From: Acidobacteriota bacterium
Lineage (GTDB): Bacteria; Acidobacteriota; UBA6911
Length of the DNA stretch: 64,000 bases
NCBI GenBank assembly: GCA_963664705.1
Contig: OY761556.1
Span: 3,904,001 to 3,968,000, forward strand
Reading direction: 5' to 3'
Shown here in pieces: positions 9,703 through 18,662 of this stretch. A program made the position numbers and the translations under genes. The stretch's first letter is position 1, and the number at the start of each line of letters is the position of its first letter. Under the pieces are notes generated by a model. It did no database searches. It saw only the letters and a list, made by a program, of their open reading frames with translations, and was not told the DNA's origin.

Positions 9703-9747
9703 GTGGAATTCGCGGCAGAATCCGGAGAGTTTTGCCTCGAATTCCGC
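9703..9747. repeat. Palindromic REP-like element, copy A
   Basis: GTGGAATTCGCGGCAGAA...TTTTGCCTCGAATTCCGC; arms resemble 22119-22166 and 54063-54097. Confidence 0.55.
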
Positions 9748-9763
9748 ACGCCTGCCGAGCGTT

Positions 9764-12604
9764 CTACAGATGGATTACATTTGCGCCGAGCTTCGCCCCC
9801 AGGTCCAACAGGTCTTCCCGGCATGTAAAGAGAATAATCTGGCGTGTTTCCGCTTCCTTTGCCAGGACCTCGAAAGCATTCACCAGGCGAATCAGATCAT
9901 AGGCGGCAAAGGGCTCATCCAATAACGCTGGACAAGGCTCTTCGCTATTCGATACAAGATCCATGATGCCGAAACGCATGGAGAAATAGATCTGATCCTG
10001 CGTGCCGCGGCTAAGATGTTCTGCCAGCCTCAGCTCTCCGCCATCAATCTCACGAACCCATACCTGAAAATCGGGATCGATCTTCACTTCCTCGTAGCGA
10101 TCCGTGCACAAACGCAGAAACCGCTGCTCGACGGCTGCATTCAGTTGCGGAGCCAAAACCTCCTGCTGCTGCCGCGAGAGCTTGTTTACGGTATCAAGAG
10201 CCATTTCCAATGCAAGTCGGTTTTTTTCGAGTTCGTTTGCATTTCGCTCTGCAATCGCCAGATCTTCCTCTATGGAGTATTGCGGGCGGAAGTTTTGAAA
10301 AGCCTGTTTCACCCGCTCCACGGCACCGGCATGCTCTTCCCGGGCGCTTGACAGAAGGGACCGCAGACGTTTCTCCTGCTCCTCCATTTCCGGTATCGTC
10401 GGGATATAGGGCAGAAAAGGTTCAGCGTCGGTTGTATCCGCTTTTGCAATTGACGATTCCGGAATTTTCGGTTCTTCCAGTTCCATCAACTGCCGCAATT
10501 GTTCCTTCCACTGATCCAGCGTCAGGTTCTCTGTCAATCGGGAATACTCGCGATTGCGGGAGGCTTCCCTATCGAGCAGTTCGAGCAGTTTCAGGCGCTT
10601 TACGCACGCTTCCCTGAATTGGACAGGATCCCTTACCTGTGCCTGCTCCAGCAGCTCCGCTATTCGCGAGCATTTCCGGCTATGCTCTTCCGCAAGTTCA
10701 TCGTATTTGGATCGCAGAGATTCGGTCTTCTCTGCACATGAGGCATAACCGGCATCCAGTTCCCGGAACCGACGGAGATTGGCGCGGAAAAGATCAATCT
10801 GAAATTTCAGATTGCCGGGAGAACAGGAAATCCCTGCCTTTCCAAGGCCATCTTTCAGCTTCTGATAAAGCTCCAGCAATTGTTCCTGCAGGTGCTCCCG
10901 CTGCTGCTCCGCTTCTTTCAGGCGAATCCGAAGATCGGCCAGCTTCTGCCGATCCTGATCTGACCGTCTGGCTGCGGACAGGAAATCATCGGCTTTTTGG
11001 AACCCTGATGTCCGCATCGCCTCGTTAAATGTGCTTCTTTTCTTACTGCCTTCCTCGCGAAGATTGTCGAGTTCAAAATCGAGGGTTCGCAGCATGGCCG
11101 CTTGGCTACGCAGAACCTTTACCGATCTGGAGGCTGCCGCAAAGCAGATGATGGCAGCGGCCCCGATTACCAGGGCAACCCCGGCATCCAGCCACGGGGC
11201 GTACCGGTTATATCCCGCGATCACCCGACTTGCCGGCAAGGCTCCGGCCAGAAGCAAAAGGGCGCACCCAAGAATTCTTCGGCTTCGCGTGGTTTTCTCT
11301 GCAGCCGCAAGATTGGCCTTTTCCGCCAGGATCCTGGCATTGAGAGCAGCGCTGTTTTGCGCCACAAGCTGCTCATCTTCGGCGGCTTCACGTGCCATGC
11401 GCTCCCAGTCATTCCCCTGGTTGGAAAATGCCGGGCTTAATTCCGACAAACGTTTCTCAAGTATGATGGCTTCATCATTGAGCCGATTCTGAGTCTTTTG
11501 CAGACCATCCTTCTGCAGAGAAATGCTGAGGTAACTGACAAACCATTCTGTGATTTTCTCCGCATCCGCTCCGGCAGCCATGGGCGCATAGGCGGAAAGC
11601 GATTCCCTTTGCGAACGGGCAGCATCCAGTTGTGTTTGCGCCGCTTCCTTTTCCACCCTGATCTCGCCCAGATGTTTTGCGATACTGTCCCGTGCGCCCA
11701 GGAGTTGGTCCAGTTCACCCAGGCGATCTGCCGGAAAATCCACGCGTCCACCCAGAGATTCAATGGTAGATCGAAGCAGGGTCAGTTCGTTTTGAATACC
11801 CTCCATGGACTCAATTCTCGCGGACATTTCCTGTCTGCGCGCACGAAGAAGCGACGAACGAAGAGCCTGAAGATCCTGCTCCAGCCTGGCAATCTCGGCC
11901 GCAATTCGATTGCGGTCCTCAACCCAATGCTGAAACTGATCCCGCCTCAGATCGAGAGCCTTCTGCTCGTCTCGCAAAGCCTGGACCAGATCCAAAGCCT
12001 GCTTGTAAGGCTTAGTCGGGGCGCGATCAGAGCCAATGGCATCCAGCTTTTCCTGAATCCTTGCCAGGCTTTGGCGGATTGAAAGCTCTTCATCCCCGGA
12101 GTGCGCCAGATTCGCGATCCTGTCCCGAATCGTCTCGTATCCCTGGATCTCTGCAGCCCTGTTCTCACGGATCACGGCAATGGATTCGAAAAGCTCCTTT
12201 GGCATCCCAAAATGATAGCGGGCAAAGAGCACTTCGCCATTCCGCTGCTGCTCATATTGCCGCGTGATATCCTCGCCTGATGATGCGCGAATCTCGATTC
12301 GGGTTTCATCCTTGCCAAAAGCCCTGTGTATCTCCACCTCCCGGCCGTCCACGAGCCGGCACCAGGTTATGCCTCCATACTCGGTCCCATGCCACGGCTT
12401 GTACTGATCAACCCAAGGGTCCATTCGGCGCTGCACTTTCAAATCTGAGCGCAACTGGCCATACAGCGAGGCGATCAGGAAGCGCTGCAGCGTAGACTTC
12501 CCTCCTTCATTCGCAGCAAAAATGAGATTGAGCCCGTTTACAAATTCAAATACGCGGTTCTGGAGTTTTCCGAATCCAAGGATGTGACTGCGCAGGAGAT
12601 TCAC
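9764..12604 (-). CDS. YhaN-like / SbcC-Rad50-like ATPase with long coiled coil
   Basis: GFGK, ANEGGKST Walker A, coiled coil with a central hydrophobic segment, LSRGTQDQ signature, LLDEPF Walker B. Confidence 0.88.
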   Translation of the reverse strand: MNLLRSHILGFGKLQNRVFEFVNGLNLIFAANEGGKSTLQRFLIASLYGQLRSDLKVQRRMDPWVDQYKPWHGTEYGGITWCRLVDGREVEIHRAFGKDETRIEIRASSGEDITRQYEQQRNGEVLFARYHFGMPKELFESIAVIRENRAAEIQGYETIRDRIANLAHSGDEELSIRQSLARIQEKLDAIGSDRAPTKPYKQALDLVQALRDEQKALDLRRDQFQHWVEDRNRIAAEIARLEQDLQALRSSLLRARRQEMSARIESMEGIQNELTLLRSTIESLGGRVDFPADRLGELDQLLGARDSIAKHLGEIRVEKEAAQTQLDAARSQRESLSAYAPMAAGADAEKITEWFVSYLSISLQKDGLQKTQNRLNDEAIILEKRLSELSPAFSNQGNDWERMAREAAEDEQLVAQNSAALNARILAEKANLAAAEKTTRSRRILGCALLLLAGALPASRVIAGYNRYAPWLDAGVALVIGAAAIICFAAASRSVKVLRSQAAMLRTLDFELDNLREEGSKKRSTFNEAMRTSGFQKADDFLSAARRSDQDRQKLADLRIRLKEAEQQREHLQEQLLELYQKLKDGLGKAGISCSPGNLKFQIDLFRANLRRFRELDAGYASCAEKTESLRSKYDELAEEHSRKCSRIAELLEQAQVRDPVQFREACVKRLKLLELLDREASRNREYSRLTENLTLDQWKEQLRQLMELEEPKIPESSIAKADTTDAEPFLPYIPTIPEMEEQEKRLRSLLSSAREEHAGAVERVKQAFQNFRPQYSIEEDLAIAERNANELEKNRLALEMALDTVNKLSRQQQEVLAPQLNAAVEQRFLRLCTDRYEEVKIDPDFQVWVREIDGGELRLAEHLSRGTQDQIYFSMRFGIMDLVSNSEEPCPALLDEPFAAYDLIRLVNAFEVLAKEAETRQIILFTCREDLLDLGAKLGANVIHL

Positions 12605-13746
12605 CGCAACCTCACTTCCCGCCCACTCAGCGCCTGAATGCCGTACAAGCGTGCGCGTTCCAGCACGTCGCGCTCTGTTGCGGACGCGGTCGCGATGCGT
12701 TCGTTCATCTCGCGGACAAATCGACCACGAATTGTCTTTTCCTGCGAAATTGACTCGAAATCGAGAGCCGGATGCGTCTGATCATCCCATTGAATGTGCA
12801 AAGCCTCTCCAACCAGCCTCTCTTCAAGCTCGGGGAGCGACAGATCCAGTTTAGGATCCAGCGACCCCGTCAGCCGTACTCGAAGAATAGTGTTCGAACT
12901 GAAAATGCTTCCGCGATACAAAAGAATCTCGTCCAGAATCTGCTCCCGCGTGGAAAACGCATCACAGGCGACCGTCAACGTGATCAGGGGATATTGGTTA
13001 CAAATCCTGCTTTCAAGCTTCAATCGGCTATCGAGAATTTCCCCGAACAGGTACCCGCAATCTCCCTCTTCATCCCAGCCTCTTCCCTCGGGAATCCCGG
13101 AATACCAGATGTCGGTGCCGTCGAGAGTGTTTTCAACGCGATGCTGTTGATGATAGTGCCCCAGTGCACAATACTGAACATTCTTCCCTGCAATTTCGCC
13201 GACCTCAAACGGTCCATGCTTGGACTTGCCTGCGGGAACCCGGCTGATGTCAGATCCGTGGGCGATCACAATATTAAAAAGATCCTTGGGCAAAATGGGC
13301 AATTTTGAGAAGCACCGCTCCTCCAGATTGTGGTGAGCAAATCCGAAGCCTGTAACCCGAACTCCAAGTTCAGGGATTTCGAAGGACTGAAATTCCTCCG
13401 AATTGAAGATGTGGACATTGGGTGGCCAGGAATCGTCCCGATAGGGTGACCCGGAAACAAATGGATCATGGTTGCCCGGCGCAATGAATACCTTTGTCGA
13501 GTTCAAAACCGCAAGCTGTCGTTTGATGAATTCAAATGTATCCGCGGTGATACGTTCCGATTCGAAGAAATCGCCGGCAATAAGAACGATATCGACCTCA
13601 TGATTTCGGGCATCGTCGATGATGCGTCGAAACGTGCCTCGAATAGCTTCTCTTTTCCGATCTCCAAGACGGGAAGGAAAGCCTGAACCCGAAAAACTGG
13701 TATCGAGGTGAATATCGGAGGTGTGGATAAACCGAACTGGTCTCAT
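12601..13746 (-). CDS. YhaO-like / SbcD-Mre11 metallophosphoesterase nuclease
   Basis: HTSDIHLD, AGDFF, PGNHD, HG, ALGHYH, YSGIPEG; 4-bp overlap with the ATPase gene. Confidence 0.9.
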   Translation of the reverse strand: MRPVRFIHTSDIHLDTSFSGSGFPSRLGDRKREAIRGTFRRIIDDARNHEVDIVLIAGDFFESERITADTFEFIKRQLAVLNSTKVFIAPGNHDPFVSGSPYRDDSWPPNVHIFNSEEFQSFEIPELGVRVTGFGFAHHNLEERCFSKLPILPKDLFNIVIAHGSDISRVPAGKSKHGPFEVGEIAGKNVQYCALGHYHQQHRVENTLDGTDIWYSGIPEGRGWDEEGDCGYLFGEILDSRLKLESRICNQYPLITLTVACDAFSTREQILDEILLYRGSIFSSNTILRVRLTGSLDPKLDLSLPELEERLVGEALHIQWDDQTHPALDFESISQEKTIRGRFVREMNERIATASATERDVLERARLYGIQALSGREVRLR

Positions 13747-13809
13747 ATCAACCGCACAAAGGTGGCAATGAATACCCGGAAACCGGTCCAGTCTCCGGGT
13801 TCTTTGGAA

Positions 13810-15201
13810 TTAGAGCCTATAGGTTTCGAGCATCTCGGGAATATGGGTATTCCAGCCCAGGGAGCGTTGAATCTTGTCCGCAAGTGCTTTGCTGGAATCC
13901 GGCTCGCCATGAACAATAAAAGTCATCTTGGGCGGCGCCTTGAACATCTTCAGCCAGCGCATAATCTCCACAGAATCCGCATGTCCGGAAAAAGCTTCCA
14001 TGGATTGGATTCTTGCCCGGACCGGAACCATCTCTCCGTGAATCTTTATTTCCCGAGCACCATCTTTCAGGATTTGTCCGCGCGTTCCAACCGATTGATA
14101 ACCGACAAAAAGAATGGTATTGCGGGGGTCCGGAAGCCTGTATTTGAGATGATGCAGAATTCTTCCGCCCGTCGCCATCCCACTGGCCGAGATGATAATG
14201 GCAGGAAAACGCATGTCGTTTATTTTTTGCGATTCTGTCGGCGTATGTACGAACTGGAGATTCGGGCAAAGCACCGGGCATTCCCCGGTTTTTTGAAAGA
14301 TTGCTTTTGCCTCTTCATCAAAAACGTCTATGTGCCGGCAGAAGACTTCCGTGACACGCTGCGCCATCGGACTATCCACAAAAACGGGAAGATCCGGAAT
14401 GACTCCGCGGGATTTCATATCCCGCATCAGGTAAAGAAGCGTCTGCGTTCGGCCAACCGCGAAGGATGGAATGACAAGCATGCCGCCCCGCCTGGCTGTT
14501 TCGTTGATGACAGATCCAAGTTCCTTCGCCGGGTCTTCCGCCGGGTGTACCCGATCGCCATAGGTCGATTCGAGCAGCAGATAATCTGCTTCGTAGACCG
14601 GATCGGGATCCCGGAGAATCAATGCGTCATAGCGCCCGAGATCGCCGGAAAAAACCATGCGCGTCGGCTTCCCGTGGTTTGTGGTTTCCACTTCGACAAT
14701 TGCCGATCCCAGGATATGCCCCGCATCCCTGAACCGGAATTTCGTGCCATCGGATAACTCAGCATGTTTGTTGTAATCCAGCGGTCGCAGATGCCTCACT
14801 GCATTCTCGGAATCTTCCGTTGTAAACAGCGGCAGAGCCGGTTTGTGTTTGCTGAATTTCATTTTGTTGGCAAACTTCGCATCTTCCTCCTGCAGATGGG
14901 CAGCATCAAGAAGGCTGATTTCGCACAGCTCTGCGGTCTCCGGAGTGGCAAAGATGTTCCCCTGGAATCCCTCGCGCACAAGCACCGACAGCATTCCGGA
15001 ATGATCGATGTGGGCATGGGTTAGAATGACATTATCCACGGTGGAAGGCTTGACGGGAGGAGGATCCCAGTTCAAAAGACGAAGCGGCTTTGGACCCTGA
15101 AACATGCCGTAGTCTACCAAAAAACGGGTTTCTCCCGTGTCGACCAGGAATTTAGAGCCGCTGACCGTTCCGGCTGCGCCTAAGAACTTAATCTGTGTCA
15201 T
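13810..15201 (-). CDS. MBL-fold beta-CASP ribonuclease
   Basis: FLGAAGTVSGS, THAHIDH, AGHILGS, FSGDLG, ESTYG, SGHAD, VHGE; start set at MTQIKF. Confidence 0.92.
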   Translation of the reverse strand: MTQIKFLGAAGTVSGSKFLVDTGETRFLVDYGMFQGPKPLRLLNWDPPPVKPSTVDNVILTHAHIDHSGMLSVLVREGFQGNIFATPETAELCEISLLDAAHLQEEDAKFANKMKFSKHKPALPLFTTEDSENAVRHLRPLDYNKHAELSDGTKFRFRDAGHILGSAIVEVETTNHGKPTRMVFSGDLGRYDALILRDPDPVYEADYLLLESTYGDRVHPAEDPAKELGSVINETARRGGMLVIPSFAVGRTQTLLYLMRDMKSRGVIPDLPVFVDSPMAQRVTEVFCRHIDVFDEEAKAIFQKTGECPVLCPNLQFVHTPTESQKINDMRFPAIIISASGMATGGRILHHLKYRLPDPRNTILFVGYQSVGTRGQILKDGAREIKIHGEMVPVRARIQSMEAFSGHADSVEIMRWLKMFKAPPKMTFIVHGEPDSSKALADKIQRSLGWNTHIPEMLETYRL

Positions 15202-15476
15202 AGTATTGACTATGCAAGATGCAGGATCCAACTGCAACACAAATGGCATATTTATAGCAGGGTCAACTCCGTGGGTTACATTTTGAAATCTCCTGTAATG
15301 TAATGTCGTATATTAGAAGGCAACTCCGTGCAATCGATGACAGGCATGATTATTCGGCGATTATTCAGCGGCACCCTCCCAAATTGCGCGAAGTGGAGTA
15401 TTGTGTATTGAAAACTGCTGCCGAAACGTTGCTTTCTGCCGAATAGTTATACGGGAAGAGGACCGTACGGAACACG

Positions 15477-16196
15477 ATGAGCGGAAATAACATTGAAAGC
15501 CAGAAGCTCAATTTAACTGCGGCTTTACGCATACTTCAGAACGCGGGCCGACCGGATCCTCGTCTGAAAATCCAGGATCCCGAAATGCAGATCCAAAGCA
15601 TTATCGATGCTTTGTGCGATCTTTCCACTCACGACGGACTGACCGGGCTCGTTAACGCAACCTTCTTTCATGCCGTCCTTATCAGAGAAATCAACCGCAG
15701 CTTGAGGACCGGAAGATCGTGCGGCCTCATGGTGATCGACATTGACTATTTCAAACATGTCAACGACCAATACGGCCACAGTGCAGGGGACAAGGTCCTG
15801 GAAACAATTGCAGCCGAATTGAAGCACAGCATGAGAGGAATGGATACGGCCGCCCGGATTGGCGGTGAAGAATTGGCGGTTATTCTGCCGGAATGCAGCC
15901 CTGAAGACGCAATCCAGGCTGCCACACGAATCCATTCCGGGTTAAATCCCATTACGATACCTTTTGAAGAAAATGCCATAAAGCTCACTTCAAGTGCCGG
16001 CCTGGTTTGGACAAACCCGACGGTTCCGATCAGTTCTGCCGATCTTTTGTCTGAAGCGGATCACGAAATGTACCGCGCAAAACGGTCTGGCCGGGGACGA
16101 TTGTGCTATCGAAATCCGGACACAACGCTGATTTCTCAACAGGAGCGGTCCGCCCTGATGCAGATGAAGCCCGAGGGAGATGCGAATGGATCATAA
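15477..16196 (+). CDS. Diguanylate cyclase (GGDEF domain)
   Basis: DGLTGL, DIDYFKHVND, RGMD I-site, RIGGEEL, ADHEMYRAK. Confidence 0.9.
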   Translation: MSGNNIESQKLNLTAALRILQNAGRPDPRLKIQDPEMQIQSIIDALCDLSTHDGLTGLVNATFFHAVLIREINRSLRTGRSCGLMVIDIDYFKHVNDQYGHSAGDKVLETIAAELKHSMRGMDTAARIGGEELAVILPECSPEDAIQAATRIHSGLNPITIPFEENAIKLTSSAGLVWTNPTVPISSADLLSEADHEMYRAKRSGRGRLCYRNPDTTLISQQERSALMQMKPEGDANGS

Positions 16197-16968
16197 AAAG
16201 AGGGCTCGCCGCATTGCGGTTATCAGCGGAAAAGGAGGCGTCGGCAAATCCTTTATAACTGCCAATGTCGCGGCAGCGCTCTCCTTGTCAGGCCGGAAAA
16301 TATTGGTGATCGATGCGGACCTGGGACTGGCCAACCTCGACATCATTCTTGGGATTGAACCAAAGTTCACCATTTTTGACGCACTGCATGGGGTAAAGCC
16401 GGCGGAAGAAGTTGTTTGTCCGACTCTCAATGGCTTTGATCTGATCCCTGCCGGATCCAGCATTCCGGAAGGAACGGCATTCAGTGAAGGGATGGCAAGG
16501 AGACTCGAGGGAGTTCTTGCAGAGCTCGAGGATCGCTACGATGCAATCCTGTTCGACGTCGGCGCCGGCATTGGGGATGTGGTCATGTTTTTCGCAAGTC
16601 TTGCGGACGATCTTCTGGTTATTGCAACTCCTGAACCCACGTCGGTCATGGATGCCTATGCAACGATCAAAGTACTGAGCCAGCTTCATGATAAAAGTGA
16701 GTTTTTGCTGGTTATCAACCAGGCAAACCCTCACCGGACAAAGCAGGTCGGAGACTCCCTAGCCGAACACCTGCGCGCCGTCGCTTCCAGGTACCTGGAA
16801 TCCGCAAATCCAGTCCGTATCGAACTGGTCGTTTCCATTCCCGCCGATCCCACCGTCCCACGTACGATTCGAGACCGTCAACTCCTGCTTGAATCCAATC
16901 CCGATGCCCCTTCCGCGCATCCGCTGAGCCGCCTGGCAAGCTATCTGGATAAGCGTTTATCCATGTAA
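16186..16968 (+). CDS. MinD/FlhG(FleN)-like ATPase
   Basis: SGKGGVGKS, DADLGLANLD, DVGAGI, TPEPTSVMDAYA; start 16180 or 16186; overlaps the GGDEF gene. Confidence 0.9.
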   Translation: MDHKKRARRIAVISGKGGVGKSFITANVAAALSLSGRKILVIDADLGLANLDIILGIEPKFTIFDALHGVKPAEEVVCPTLNGFDLIPAGSSIPEGTAFSEGMARRLEGVLAELEDRYDAILFDVGAGIGDVVMFFASLADDLLVIATPEPTSVMDAYATIKVLSQLHDKSEFLLVINQANPHRTKQVGDSLAEHLRAVASRYLESANPVRIELVVSIPADPTVPRTIRDRQLLLESNPDAPSAHPLSRLASYLDKRLSM

Positions 16969-17070
16969 ATCGAAATAGCGGCAGCGTCATTTGCTTTTTT
17001 CAAAGTTCTCGATAATTATGGTGTAATATGAGGCAGTTCAGGTGCGCAAACCCATATTTTTCACCATTTT

Positions 17071-17667
17071 TTGGGGACAATCTTGGAACAGAAAACTCAG
17101 GCTGCCGGCGATAATACGCTCAACAATGAAGTCATACTGGCATTGATTCGGGAAATCGAGCAAGGCAAAGCGCCTGCACTCCTGAGCCTTTATGATGCGA
17201 CCAACCGGCTTGTATTCGGCATCGTATGCAGGATTCTGGGTGAGAGATCATCCGCCGAAGAAGCGCTGCTGGATATCTATACACAGATCTGGAATCAGGC
17301 GGTTGCTTACGATCCATCTATGTCGCCGATCGAATGGATGGCCAATGCAGCGCATCATATTGCTGTGGGCAGGCTGCATTGGAATAACCGGGAACGCACA
17401 AAGTGGGACTCCACGCGAGGAACCGAGAATGCCTCATTAACGGTCGCTCCTGAGCAGCAGGAAGCAGCGCGCGAGGCGTTGCAAGCCCTGGATCCGGTGC
17501 AATGGGAACTTCTGGAGCGAACCTATTACCGGGGCCTGAGCTGTAACGAAGCTGCCGCACATATTGGTAAACCGGTAGGCGCGGTACGAGTGCATATCCG
17601 CTCGGGATTGACCAGACTCGGTGAAGCATTGCTGCAAAAACAAGGGCGCGATGGGGGGGCACGGTGA
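17071..17667 (+). CDS. ECF sigma factor, SigK-like and divergent; start uncertain
   Basis: ALLSLYD...AEEALLDIYTQIW (region 2), YYRGLSCNEAA...IRSGLTRL (region 4); overlaps the anti-sigma gene. Confidence 0.8.
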   Translation: MGTILEQKTQAAGDNTLNNEVILALIREIEQGKAPALLSLYDATNRLVFGIVCRILGERSSAEEALLDIYTQIWNQAVAYDPSMSPIEWMANAAHHIAVGRLHWNNRERTKWDSTRGTENASLTVAPEQQEAAREALQALDPVQWELLERTYYRGLSCNEAAAHIGKPVGAVRVHIRSGLTRLGEALLQKQGRDGGAR

Positions 17668-18530
17668 AGCACGATCGAGCAACGGAAGAATTAAGAGAAC
17701 TGGCGGCCCTTTATGCACTTGGTGCTTTGACTCAGCGGGAAGCCTACGGCTTTGAACTGCACACCAGCGAAGGATGCTCCGTTTGCGAGTCCGAATGCCG
17801 GAAGTTCCAGAAGACCGTGGCAGCCATCGGCATTGCAGCGGACGAGGCCGACGTCCCAGAATATATCAGGGATTTGCTCAGCGCGCGCATCGAGCGCGAA
17901 CCTCGGACAAGCGCAGGCAGACCGGAGCCGGCTCGCCCAATTGAAAAACAATTGCCATCTCCCGCCCCAATATTGTCGCAACCGCCCAAAGACCGTTCGA
18001 ATCTATTCCCGTGGGTTCTGGTGGCTATCTTGCTCGTCCTGGCACTTGGGGCGGCCTACGCGTGGAAATCTTCCCAGGATGCCGCCACGCAACTGGAGGC
18101 AAATCTCTCGTCGACACAAACGGATTTTCGGGATTTGCGCGCCAGGATGGACATCCAGAAAGCGGATTCTGCAAATCTGGAGCGTGTGATGGGCACCATC
18201 GCAAAGCCGGGATCCCGAATTGCCCGGCTGATTGTCCAATCGGCTCCCCCTCCATTTTCTGCAGCGGCCGTTTGGGATACTGAAAAAGAGGAATGCCTCC
18301 TGATAGGTAAATTTCCGGCCGCACCGGAAGGAAAGGTGTATCAGTTCTGGTTTTTCTCTCCCACGACAAAAATATCCGCCGGCCTGTTTCAGCCAAGCCC
18401 TACAGGGCTCCTGACGATTCCCGTGCCCAAGGATGCAGCTAATGCCACCGCAGTCGTTGTCACGCTGGAGCCGGATAACGGTTCTCAGATTCCTACATCG
18501 CCCTACTACGCCGCCGGACGTATTGACTGA
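17664..18530 (+). CDS. Anti-sigma factor, RskA family with N-terminal ZAS-like motif
   Basis: AALYALGAL, H..EGCSVC, TM helix, coiled coil, GKVYQFW and VVTLEP...PT motifs. Confidence 0.88.
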   Translation: MKHDRATEELRELAALYALGALTQREAYGFELHTSEGCSVCESECRKFQKTVAAIGIAADEADVPEYIRDLLSARIEREPRTSAGRPEPARPIEKQLPSPAPILSQPPKDRSNLFPWVLVAILLVLALGAAYAWKSSQDAATQLEANLSSTQTDFRDLRARMDIQKADSANLERVMGTIAKPGSRIARLIVQSAPPPFSAAAVWDTEKEECLLIGKFPAAPEGKVYQFWFFSPTTKISAGLFQPSPTGLLTIPVPKDAANATAVVVTLEPDNGSQIPTSPYYAAGRID

Positions 18531-18662
18531 CGGAGCAAAGCACTTCTGCTGAGGAGCGTATTGAAGTCGCCTTCCCCAGGACATTGGGGCAGGACCCGTT
18601 TATCTCTTTAAATATAGGTCAAAGCTCGCTATTCTCTTTCGTTTACGGGAGGATGATTTCAG

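Noticed and set aside
15420-15445. Sigma28 -10-like GCCGAATA upstream of the GGDEF gene
   Set aside because: No TAAA-like -35 element at 15-nt spacing.
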